Below are positions 24,539-37,100 of a DNA stretch of 64,000 nt, one piece after another. The notes beneath the pieces are model-generated. The model worked only from the letters and a program-made list of their open reading frames with translations. It was not told the DNA's origin and ran no database searches. Each line of letters opens with the position of its first letter. Position 1 is the stretch's first letter. A program made the position numbers and the translations under genes. Where the stretch lies: the NCBI RefSeq assembly GCF_964355755.1, contig NC_092675.1:11279812-11343811 (forward strand), in the 5' to 3' direction. This DNA comes from Antedon mediterranea (Eukaryota > Animalia > Echinodermata).

Positions 24539-27500
24539 TAATAATTGAAAATTATATCAAATATTTTTTAATAATGTACTTTTGAAATATATTCATTTGA
24601 AAATAAAATACTTAGCCCATGAACTTTTGTAATGAAAAACAAAAACACGTTTTGTCAATTACTCAAATGTAGCTTTTTGTAGATAAGCCCTTTCTCAACT
24701 AAACTGTCATTCAATAGGCATGGCTAAATAAAAAAAAAACGGACGATTTTAGCCACGGAAATACATTTCAATTTCTGTAAAACGTTAACAGCTATTCATC
24801 ATTATTGTATTGTGTATTGTCGGCTTAGCGTTTCGTTTTTATTATTTAATAATTTATAGAATTTCTGCAAATTGTGACCGGGTTTAAGTACCTCGTCCTG
24901 GTTTCGGATTGTCTCTACAATTAAAGTTCTAAAATAATAATACATTTATTTTACTTATTCCTCAGAGAGGTAGAGACTATTAGATCATACAACGTACGAA
25001 AACTGCATGAATATTCGATAGTTTTATTCAATCTCTTATTTCGAATCTTTGCTCCATAGAAAATAACATAATTACGTGCAAATTAATAAATATAAACTGA
25101 CTGATTACAATAAAACGCGCTATCATCGCAGGATGCCATTCCACCCGGAGAGCATCTTTGACTTATATTAACAAAATCATAACTGTTCTTGGTGTGAAAC
25201 ACCACGAGAAAGCAGATTATTGAAAGATTTTCGTTTGACATTATGGAACAGATGATTAAAGAATCCAAATTGTATCGACGGTGATACTGAGAAATGTGGT
25301 GATATGCCTATAGTAATGGTTGATAGAAAGTACAAATTGTGATTCAATGTTTTTCTATTGTTTCCGCTGAAGTACATAAACATATTTATTTTATTTGTTT
25401 ATTTATTCGACTTCTCACTAACTCAGTTAGTGAAGGATCTGGACCAACAGGTGGTAAACACCAGTCCCAATTTGCACAGTGGCTGTGTGTGACAGTGGCT
25501 GTGTTGTATTAACATAATCTATTTAGTTTTACACCATTTCTTCATTTAATGTTTTCATTATAAAATGATACCCTTCTAGTCTATGACCATGGTAAATGGT
25601 ATTTTGTCATGATTTTAATAATTTGCATCTGAAAATAGTTAAAATAATAACATACAATCAAATTGATAAATTCTACAATATAAAACATGAAAAACATAAA
25701 ACAATTAATTTGACCTATTAATATTAAAAACTCTTCTTTAAACTAACTTGTAAATTCGAGAAAGTGAACAAATCAGAATATAGAGACAAATGCAGAACTA
25801 TTACACGTTCCTCTGGGAACATTATGTGTATCAAGAAGCTTACAACAACTCAATAAAATATTCAATTTTTGTACTGTAGTATGTTTAACAGATTAATTAA
25901 AAAATCCATGACAAATATACATGTTGTATCGACATATGGTTCCATTGGGTAATAAAACTGGAATCAATATCTCAGTGGTATAAACATGATGAGCATACGG
26001 CGAATTCAAATATGGTTGATTTCGATGCAGATAAGTGTTTTAAATTAACAAAACAAATAGGCTAATACTAGGCCTAATAATAATGCTTCACCGATTCAGC
26101 TTAACTCTCTGAAGAAGATTTTGAATTTAAATATATAACAATGAAATTAAGGTCTCCCCTATCCTAAAGAAAGAACATTTATTCATCATTTCTTGTATTA
26201 TTCTACACCATAAATGAAATATTAATTATGCCTAAATGATTATTTGAAAATTACTTAAATAGCCTAAGCAATATTCCCGTTAAACGTATAATACCTAAGC
26301 TAGAATATTGAAAATTATTATTATTTTATTATCAATTTATTCAAAATTTATAATGTACTTATTATATATTTATGTTAGATTCATATATTTATTAAGGTTA
26401 CTATTCCAAGTTTAAACCCATTGAATCAACTGCCTTGGCATTACATACCGCATGATACTAATATCCATACGCTGCTTTTCATCCTAGTATCTGATGTCGG
26501 TAAGAATACTATTAACATTTTAATCTCATCATAAATGTTATTGTAGAAGAAACTGAAGAAAATCTACTTAATACTAACATTACTACGTTTTCTATTTCAC
26601 AATCATTCGTCTTAATTTACAAGGTTCTATTCGGTGGACGATCGTCAGGTCACGAACATGCAGTATACAAATGCTTCTAACCAATCTTGTTTCTTAGAAA
26701 ATATTATACTTCAAATATTTTCATAAGTTAGTCTAATCTTGTCAAACTCAATTAGAGGACATATTGTATATCGTATTGCATCAATTTTAGACGAGAGTAA
26801 TACGTAATATCTTATGTACGAATTTCGTATACAGTAAAAATACAATGTAATGAAAGAACCAGCACAGATCCGTTTCGGTGGGAGGGAACGACAAAAAATC
26901 AAGTGACCTACTTTGCGAGCGAAGAAGCAATTTTTGGCTGCGGCCTGTGGGTATTGGCTCTCAGTTTTAGGTCATTTAAATCGGTTTTCAAGCACATAAG
27001 TATAGTAGAATAATTTAATTGATAGGAGACTAAGTGATATTTATGAACTGTTGTTCGTGTCCACAGTTTATCTATGCTGTGTATATTAAATAAATAAAAC
27101 GACTGGTACGAACAAAACAATGCAGTTACTTTAGATAATTACTGTACGGTAAGATACGGTGTTCTGGAATGGATGGATTGACTTGGTGGTAAAAGAACTC
27201 CTAAAGTTAATAAAGATTGAGCTAAGAAAACTAAGAAAAAGTAAAAACATGTACTGCTACTGTGCGATTGATTTGCAGAATTGCACTGAAAACCATCAGA
27301 GATTATACGTTATAACTACTGTATAACTCACCCCCCCCCCCCTCAAATACATACACTTAATACCGTTTAGTTAGGACGGCTATATCATGGCACATATTGT
27401 TTCTGTGTTTAATGCTATAAATCAAATACTTTCAGTTGGTTTTAACAATTTGATTGTCTTGGTTATAGAATTAGAATTTAAAATCGTTTTATGTATTCTG

Positions 27501-27698
27501 GGAGGAAACAGTTACTTTAGATTGATTTTGGATTTAAACTGTTCGTGTTATTTTCTATCTTAATAGATATTTCAGTTGGTTTAAGTTTTGACAGCAGCCT
27601 TTGTAAAGTAATGCCATCATTTAATTATTCAAAATCAGCAGGTCTTCATACTAAATGTGTATCTTCCAAACCTCGTTCATTACGCGTCGTCTATTTTG

Positions 27699-27706
27699 TG
27701 ACGTCA
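27699..27706 (+). promoter_or_regulatory. Perfect cAMP-response element (TGACGTCA) in the PC1/3 proximal promoter
   Basis: Palindromic CRE 263 bp upstream of the ATG in a CpG-richer segment. CCAAT motifs at about 27812 (reverse) and 27851. Confidence 0.5.
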
Positions 27707-27961
27707 TCGATACGTGTCCGTATGCTAACTAATCAAAATACGAAAAGAATAGACACAGACGCGCCGAATCTGATCAATTAATGTTAATATATCTCTTATC
27801 GCCAAACTGCATTGGTTTGCATTGCTCTCCAAAGAAGCGAGTTGTGTGTTCCAATATTACGGTTGCCCATGGTTTGTGAAAAGTGAGTTGGATTAAATAT
27901 CTTTTACCTTCCCGTTTAAGATAGAGTTTGTAGGAGGCGAGGGAACGGTTTTGGGGCGAGT

Positions 27962-28132
27962 ATGATTTTGATTCCAGTCATCGTAACGTTAGCATGCATA
28001 TACTTTCCTCAAGTAACCACTCTTTCAGAAAATGAGCCGAATTTTACTAATGAGTTCGCGGTTCAAGTCCATGGTGGTCCTGATGTAGTCAAGAGGCTAG
28101 CCGACGATCTAGGTTATGACATGCTAGGAAGG
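27962..28132 (+). CDS. PCSK1: PC1/3 exon 1 (signal peptide, start of prodomain)
   Basis: [15 protein letters not shown]...[12 protein letters not shown]...LGYDMLGR|gtaagt. Confidence 0.9.
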
Positions 28133-31100
28133 GTAAGTTTGCTAATTGTAGATTATATTCTATAAACAGATGGAATACCATGTAACGAGCACCGTAGTAA
28201 TAACAAGTTTCGACCTTTTCTTACTTTTATTCAAACAATAGTTTGGTACTAAACATAATATCAACATTTATTTTATTTCGACTGATAAATCAATTATATA
28301 AATTAAGTTTGTTCATAAATAAAGTTAGTCAGGATCGTGTCAAGAAGTACAAAATCACAAAATAGAAGCAAAAAATAATAATAAAAGAAAATACAGAAAA
28401 ACAGGCCATATATATGGCTGCAGTCGCGTACTCAAGTTCGTGTTTACTGACCAATCGACCGACATAGTGAGCTGTAGAGTCGCGATGCACGCGACTAAAA
28501 ACACGGTAGCGTAACGTAAATAGATAAGGCAAATACAGTAGCTGAAGAGATTAAAATTTCTTGCGAAAAATAACAAATAATACAATAGTACTGAAAACCA
28601 ATTAAATAAAAATCGAGTAACAACGATCTAAATCGTCTGATCACAAAGAATTTGTAAATGTGTATATTGTGCTCGTTTACTGTTTCGTTTGTCTGAATAC
28701 ATTATAATTTGTATTTTTATTGATGTTTATAATTGTATTTGCTCTGAATAAATATGGACCATATGTCATTAAAATGATGCGCGTTTTTTATTTTACAGTT
28801 TTTAATATTTTATGTAATTGTTCAAAATGTCAACTGTAGGCCTATCCCATTCGAACAACATTTATCATCAACTAGTTCAAATATAATATCCATAAAAACT
28901 ACGATAATTATTTTGTCGCATACGAAACCTCATTTGCTTTAAATCTTTTGTTAATGCACAGTGTTTTATTCAAAATTGAAACTCTTCGTTTGGAATGAAA
29001 TTAAGATCTCGTTCCCAGTGTACAGCACACTAATATTGTATTGGCCTCTATTGATTTGTGAATTTAATTTACACAGTGTTAAACCCGCTAACATAGCCGC
29101 ATCGCAGGTTTCGCGTAAACGGCATAATACCTGTCTTGTGTTATCGTTTAGATGAAAAACCAAATACTGTAGATAGACCTATTATAATATTCTCTACTAC
29201 TTACACTACCGTTTTAAACAAGTAGACTACGTGTGCATATTAAAAGCGTGTATATTATTACTAACACAATGTGTGTTTACAAGAATATCACATTTTATAA
29301 CAGTAGTATAGAATGTTTTGCCATTTTACAAAGGGTCTTACCACTACAGCAAATAATCTTTTCTCTTCAAGAACCCTTTAGTATTGTTTGTAACAATGTA
29401 ACCATATTGCTGGAAAAAAAAATGTGAATTTGCTTTTCTGTGTGTGTGTGTATAAAATTTGTTTAGTGTTTTTTTTATACAAAATCCATGGGTTTAGATA
29501 TTATGTCACATAACCACAATGCCTAGCATTCTGCAGCTATAGGCGGATCAGATGATTCAGATTCAGATTCAATTTATTAAGTCATTCATACATAGTACAA
29601 GGATAATTGTTTTCTTGGCAAAAAAACACAAGAAAAACAATACACACATACTACTGTATTTACATTCGTGATCAACATGGATCTAACAACTGATTAAGCA
29701 ATATAAAATACAAAAGACCTAATGACCTATCCTTGGAACTCATTGTTGTGTAGTCTAATAGCGCTAGGTAAGAATGAAAATTTATGTCTATTTGTTTTAA
29801 CTGGAATTATTGTTAATCTTCCAGATGGTCTACTAACTTATTGTTGAGAATATGAGATTCGTCAGCTAAAATACTATTTAATTTAGATATCATTTCATCA
29901 TTACACATTTGCGTGACATCTTTAGGCTAATCTCGACACCAAATCAAATTTTTCATTGTTAGGCCATTTACCCAAGTAACACAGCAACAGCTTAATACAG
30001 ATTGAATAATACTTTTTGATAAAAAATAAATAAAGAATCACGGCCTATATTATATTGTTTCAACTTCCTTAAGGAATACAGGCGTTGAACACCTTTTGTA
30101 TACACTTTGTACATATGTGTATCTCAACTTAGATTCGTATCTATCCAAAGCCCTAAATATTTATGAGACTCTGGATTTTCAACATAATTTCCATAACTTA
30201 TTCATTTGTCCATATTGCAGCTGCAGCTACTTGCTAAAACACAAATAGACATCTTTAGGTTCCCTTGATTATAAGATACTATTATGTGTTAACATTGATT
30301 AGGCCTATCTAGAAACTCGGGAAAAAACATCCATAACATCCTCTTAATGACCATAAAAAAGTGACATATCTTTCTAACATAAATTTAAAGTAATGATCCG
30401 AGACCTTTTCTTTTGATCCCATGTGTGTCGTTTAATGCTTTTGTATCATCTTGACAAATTTCAGAAAGAAGAAGTATATCATTATTATAAGATGATTTTC
30501 TATATAAATTACTCACTTTCAAGTTAATGATTCGGAACTTTCTATACTTGTTTCAGTATCATTTGGTACTTATAATATATGAATCCTGGCAAAATCGCAA
30601 GTAGAATGAGCAATATTCATAAACTAAGGGAATAAATCATTTGGGTCCCCATCTCTGATGAAACTGTATTATTTTAGTACGATACTGTAGAACTTTTTTA
30701 AGAATCATGTCATGACTGTGTCGTACTCCATTTCTACCGTTGAATCTGTAAGAGGATTTGTTCTCTGTCGGTTTAGATACAGTTAGGAGTAAAAATTGAT
30801 AGTATCTTTTTAGTGAAACTTTTTTTCCATGTAACGTGTTTTCTAAACACAGCATTTGCACGGAGGTCCCGACTGACAAGAATTTGCAACTACCAGTGGC
30901 AGTCTACTCAAGAATTACTGTACCCGAACCTACTATTATTATTATCCCCATTTTACACTTTCTCTGGGAAAAAACTAGAAACAAGTGTTTCTCAACTGAT
31001 TTGTGTCATATGGGGTCTATATATCCACCAAAAAAAAGTTCCAGCTCATCTGGCCTGGGGAAAGCCGCCATTTTGGATTTTCAAAATGGCCGCCATAAAA

Positions 31101-34100
31101 TACAGGTTTTTGCTCATATCTCTTCTTCCACATCATGCATGGAAATGATTTTGGTGGCAAAGTGTATGTATTTTGAGGGTCAAGGAATCTAAATACAGCA
31201 TTTTGAAGTTCACTCCATGGCCGCCATCTTGTTTTTCAAAACGGCCCCCTTAAAATATAGAGTTTGTGCTTATTTCAGTTTCTAGGCCTACATCATGTAT
31301 AGACATGATTTTGGTGGCAAAATGTAGGTTTCGACGGTCAAGGAATCCAAATACAGCATTAATTTTAATTTCACCCAATGGCCGCCATTTTGAAAATAAA
31401 AATGACTGCCATAAAATTTACAGATTTTCCTTATATCTCAGCTTCTACATCATATGAACGTAATTTGAGTGGAAAAGTATATGTATATATTTTGAAGGTC
31501 AAGGATTTTAAATACAGTATTAATTTTAAAGTTCACCTAATGCCCGCCATTTTTTTTTTTAAATGGCTGCCATAAAATTTACAGATTTGTCCTCGTACCT
31601 CAGCTTCTACATCGTGCATGGAAGTGATTTTGGTGGCAAGGTGTATGTTTTGAGGGTCAAGAAATCTAAATACAGCTTTTTGAAGTTCACTCAATGGCCA
31701 CCATTTTGATTGTCAGAATGGCCACCATAAGCTACACGTTTTTGCTAATTTATGAGCTACTATGATTGTGATTTTGCTTAGCCTATGTTTTGAAGGTTAC
31801 AGAATAAAAATAAAATCCAGCTTTTGAAATACAGTTGGAAAGTGATGACGAGAATAAGTCAATATGTTGGTGATAATATATGGGAACCACAATGATTATG
31901 ACCCCCAGGAGGTACTGGTACACAAGAAGATATCAGCGATGTACTGTAACTATATGATTCGCGCGAAGAACCTAAAAATTAAATATTCTAAAAAAGTTAG
32001 ACATTTTAAGATATTTTCCAAATCCTAAAGAGAAGCATGCCCAACTTTAGTTAAGCATATTCCAATCAGATACATTATTGATAAAGCAAGTCAAGCAATT
32101 TAAAGCAACATATGCCTATCTTTTGTGACTGAATGGATAGTTACCCAATATACTGGGAACCAACACTACTTCACCATGGTCTGGATTTATGCATGTAGGT
32201 ATCATGCGATACTGGACAAATAGACGATAGTTTTTGCCGATCATTCTTTTTTATCCAATTAACATGTCAACAGTTTATACAACGGTACAGCCACTCTGGA
32301 AATGTATATCTAGCTGCTCATCTACCAGTCAGACTTGGAGGATTTTATCCTTTCAGGCACAGTATAGAACAATTGACCATGATGGCCAATATGCCCGAAT
32401 GACAAATTTTCATATACATACAATACAAGATGTTCCAAAAGAATGGATTATCATGCAAAGTGTTATATGGTGAAGAGTCAATTTTCAGACATGAGCACAA
32501 TAAAGAAAACCTTATGTATCTTGAAATTTGTCTTTCAGCATTACCATGTATTCATAAGATCTGTTACTTGCATTCAATTCAATTCTAACAGTATTCGCTT
32601 GTTTCTAACATATTCAGACTGAAATAATGGAGTCTGGTGTTAACTGCATTATCATCAGTTAATATTTTATTAGGCTAATAATGTATCAAAAATATTTGTT
32701 TTTTCATTCGTGTCCTCAATATTATGAAGATTTACTAGGCTAAATCTATACGTATTGAAAAATGTTTGTAATTATGGTATTTCGGAAATCACCCGTTATA
32801 ATTATACAATCCCTCTCAACTGGGATATATTTAAATCAATCTGGGTTATTGCGTTATAATTATGTTAGGACAAGATAAGTTCCATCTGTCTAGATATCAG
32901 TTTCAAAAGTAATTTCATAGTATTCCGGTTTTTTTTTTTTGCATTTTCTTTCTTATTATCACGTCGTAACAGTGTACTCATTGATCAACTCCAATGCCAA
33001 AGAAAGTATTATTTATTTATTTATTCAACGTTGTTTTAAAAGGGTAGCTCTAACAGCTGTATAAAGATGACAACAAAGCATTGGTTTCAAATACACATTT
33101 TAGTTTGTGGCTTGGAGTGGAAAAAATATAATTTATCTTTCTTCTTAGATGTTTTGAGAGTTAATTCATACTTGTTAGCAACAACACTATGTTATACGGT
33201 AGTTGAATAATCAGTAGAAATTTGTCTAGATAAATATTGATTGTTCATAAATTTTGCTATCAAATTAGGTATTGCCATCATTACAGCAATTCGAAAAAAG
33301 TCATGTTAATTACCGTATCCAAGATCAAAATGGAAACAAAGTGATACCTAGATGACTTGAATTTAAGGAGAAGTTATTTAGTGGGTATAATTATATTTTT
33401 GTATGATTATGTACTTGATCAACATTTTGTTTAACTATAGAAATATTGAATATATTACAAATTATATATAATACCAATTATTGATGAAAATGAGCAATTA
33501 GAAAAAATATGAAGATGTATTAATTATATGATATTAAAGAGAAGTTTTTCAGTGTACTTGATCAACATTTTGTTTAACTATAGAAATATGGAATATATTG
33601 AATTAACAAAATTTCATTAACATGAACTTCACAAATTAATGAAGAAAATGAGCAAAAAATTGTGATTACAGTAATTTATTTATTGAATTTATTATTAGGC
33701 CTACATCATATTGAACACATATTCGACACTGATTGAAGCAGTTGATTGATTAATTGAATTCAAGTTTAATTTAGAACAGCCTGAATAATTGTTTATTAAT
33801 TTAATGGAAAGAATATTTCATCTGTTGATATTGACTGCTCTGCAGTAGCCTAAGTTCAACTCATAAAATAGATTTTCACCATTCATCTCATTAAAATTCA
33901 TTATATTATGGATGATAATAAACTTTATTCATGTACCCGTATTTTAATTAATATATTTTGCTAGTGAATAAGTAATCGATTGATTGTATATAATTATAGG
34001 CCTAAAAATTATTGATTATTAGCATATCAGTTTAGGCCTAATAATAACATCTTCATTTTTAATTAATTTTCGTATGCGAGTACCTAACCCATGCGCAAAA

Positions 34101-37100
34101 CATATGCGCCCCGCTTAGAATTAGCACAGATTTAAAGAATGGCCAACTTCAAAGAATCATGATCTCATAATACTGTTTAATAGTATACATTTATGATTGC
34201 AGTCAACTTTATTCACAAATAAAAGTAGAAAGTTATATATCTATTTCGTTCGAAACTTCTTTTTTTTCCTTTTTAAAAAAAAACCATATTTAATGAGGGT
34301 GATCCATCCAGCTGATGCTGATCATTAGGGACCCTCAGAGGTTCACAAGACAAACATATACACAAGATGCTCTACATTAACAAAGTCTTATTAGAAGTCT
34401 TTGGGAGTGGAGTTGTAATTTGGTCCTTAGAAAAAATCCTGACATGTGACGGGATTTGAACCCAGGACTCTTGGAGTGGTAGCCAAGCATCATAACCACC
34501 AAGCCACAACTCCACTATTTACTAGCAAAACATATTAATTAAAATACGGGTACATGAATAAAGTTTATTATCATCCATAATATAATGAATTTTAATGAGA
34601 TGAATGGTGAAAATCTATTTTATGAGTTGAACTTAGGCTACTGCAGAGCAGTCAATATCAACAGATGAAATATTTTTTCCATTAAATTAATAAACAATTA
34701 TTCAGGCTGTTCTAAAGTAAACTTGTATTCAATTAATCAATCAACTGCTTCAATCAGTGTCGAATATGTGTTCAATATGATGTAGGCCTAATAATAAATT
34801 CAATAAATAAATTACTGTAATCACAATTTTTGATGCAGCAATGATATCTACAGTTTTTTTTGATGGCGTGAACACCACTTTTATTCACACATTAATATCA
34901 TAATTAATACATCTTCATATTTTTTCTAATTGCTCATTTTCTTCATTAATTTGTGAAGTTCATGTTAATGAAATTTTGTTAATTCAATATATTCCATATT
35001 TCTATAGTTAAACAAAATGTTGATCAAGTACACTGAAAAACTTCTCTTTAATATCATATAATTAATACATCTTCATATTTTTTCTAATTGCTCATTTTCA
35101 TCAATAATTGTTATTATATATAATTTGTAATATATTCAATATTTCTATAGTTAAACAAAATGTTGATCAAGTACATAATCATACAAAAATATAATTATAC
35201 CCACTAAATAACTTCTCCTTAAATTCAAGTCATCTAGGTATCACTTTGTTTCCATTTTGATCTTGGATACGGTAATTAACATGACTTTTTTCGAATTGCT
35301 GTAATGATGGCAATACCTAATTTGATAGCAAAATTTATGAACAATCAATATTTATCTAGACAAATTTCTACTGATTATTCAACTACCGTATAACATAGTG
35401 TTGTTGCTAACAAGTATGAATTTACTCTCATAACATCTAAGAAGAAAGACAAATTATATTTTTCGGACTATTCTCTTTTCATACATTTTAATTTTAAAGT
35501 GCATCATTTCAAGTTTTTGATTATGAACTTTAACGTGTATAGATGTTAAAATTGGAAACGGAGTGCAAATTCAGACGAAACAGTGACGCTATAAAATTTT
35601 AGTTTTATTACATGTTAACACGTTGATAACAATAGACATGAAAGTTAAAAAACAAAATAACGTATTATTATCCGGTGAAAAATGGACGTTAAAAACATAG
35701 AAGCAAATATTTATGATAATAAATCGTGTCTATTAAATAAACACAAACCCAAATTATGATCAGAAGAACGTCAGCAAATCTTAACTATCCGTTACATTTG
35801 TTTACGTATTGCTTTTATTAAACTGCATGTGCTACTAGAAAAAAGATAGCCTAAAGCCAATTTAAAGTTGATAGTACCCTAATCAGAATGTATTGTATTA
35901 TTTAAGGATGATAAATAACTAGTTCCTTTAAATAGAAGATGATTTATTGAGAAAATTTAACGTTGACCTTGGTATAAAATGACAGCTGAAACTCTAAATC
36001 TTCTTCTAAGTTTATTGTTTATGAAGTGTAAAATAACACATAAATAGAATTTATAAAAAATGTAAAATGGAGGGACAAAAAAGAACGGCAGCGTACAAAA
36101 GAAAACATAACATCATCATCGTCATCTTCATCATTATCATCATCATCATCATCATTACCATCATCATCATCATCATCATCCATCATCATTATCACCATCA
36201 TCATCACCATCATCATCATCATCACCATCGTCATCTCATCATCATCATCATTATCATCATCCATCATCATTATCACCATCATCATCATCACCATCGTCAT
36301 CTCATCATCATCATCATCATCATCACCATCGTCCTCATCATCATTATCATCAGCATCATCATCATCACCACCACCACCATCGTCATCATTATCATCATCA
36401 CCATCGTCATCATCATAATGATCATCATCACCATCGTCATCATCATTATTATCATCATTATCATCATCACCATCGTCATCATTACTATCATCACCATCGT
36501 CATCATCATCATCACCATCGTCATCATCATTATCATCCAGTACCGGGACTGAACTAATATAATATGAAGTCGTGTTTTATTAAACGGGACATTTTTTTGT
36601 ATCGATGGAGAATACATACATACATGATTTTTACCAGCAATTATGGTGTACAATAGATTTATTACCCAATATTATTACGTTGCGAATTGTATAACATCTA
36701 AACAAAATGTTTGACCTGAAAATAATCATTTTTTTGTGTTTTACATCTTAATAGAAACAAACTTGCCCCATTTTTATAAACGCGTATGCCATTCATCATG
36801 TTAAAAATAGATTCAATATTTTCTTCAGGTAAAATCAATGCATTCAAAAACCTCGTTATAAAGGAAACGAGTAAACAATATGACATACACCTTATTCGTT
36901 AGATGGTTTCAATTATGTAATCAAATTGTCCCTATATCTGACATTTAAAATTTGATGAATCGGTACGAATGATAACGTAAGTTGCCATTGATTAGTGATG
37001 AAATTTCAGTTATCAATTGTTTAGAAGTATGATGCCATATTAATTGCAGGAAACCACATGTTCGAGTACCACAAAAAGGAACAACATTTTTTAATGTCTC

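Noticed and set aside
34430-34517. Functional tRNA gene
   Set aside because: 8-nt anticodon loop, no proper acceptor stem, and it continues into a SINE body and tail.
36019-36653. Poly-His/Ile/Met/Asp ORFs
   Set aside because: Translations of a (CAT)n microsatellite inside an intron.
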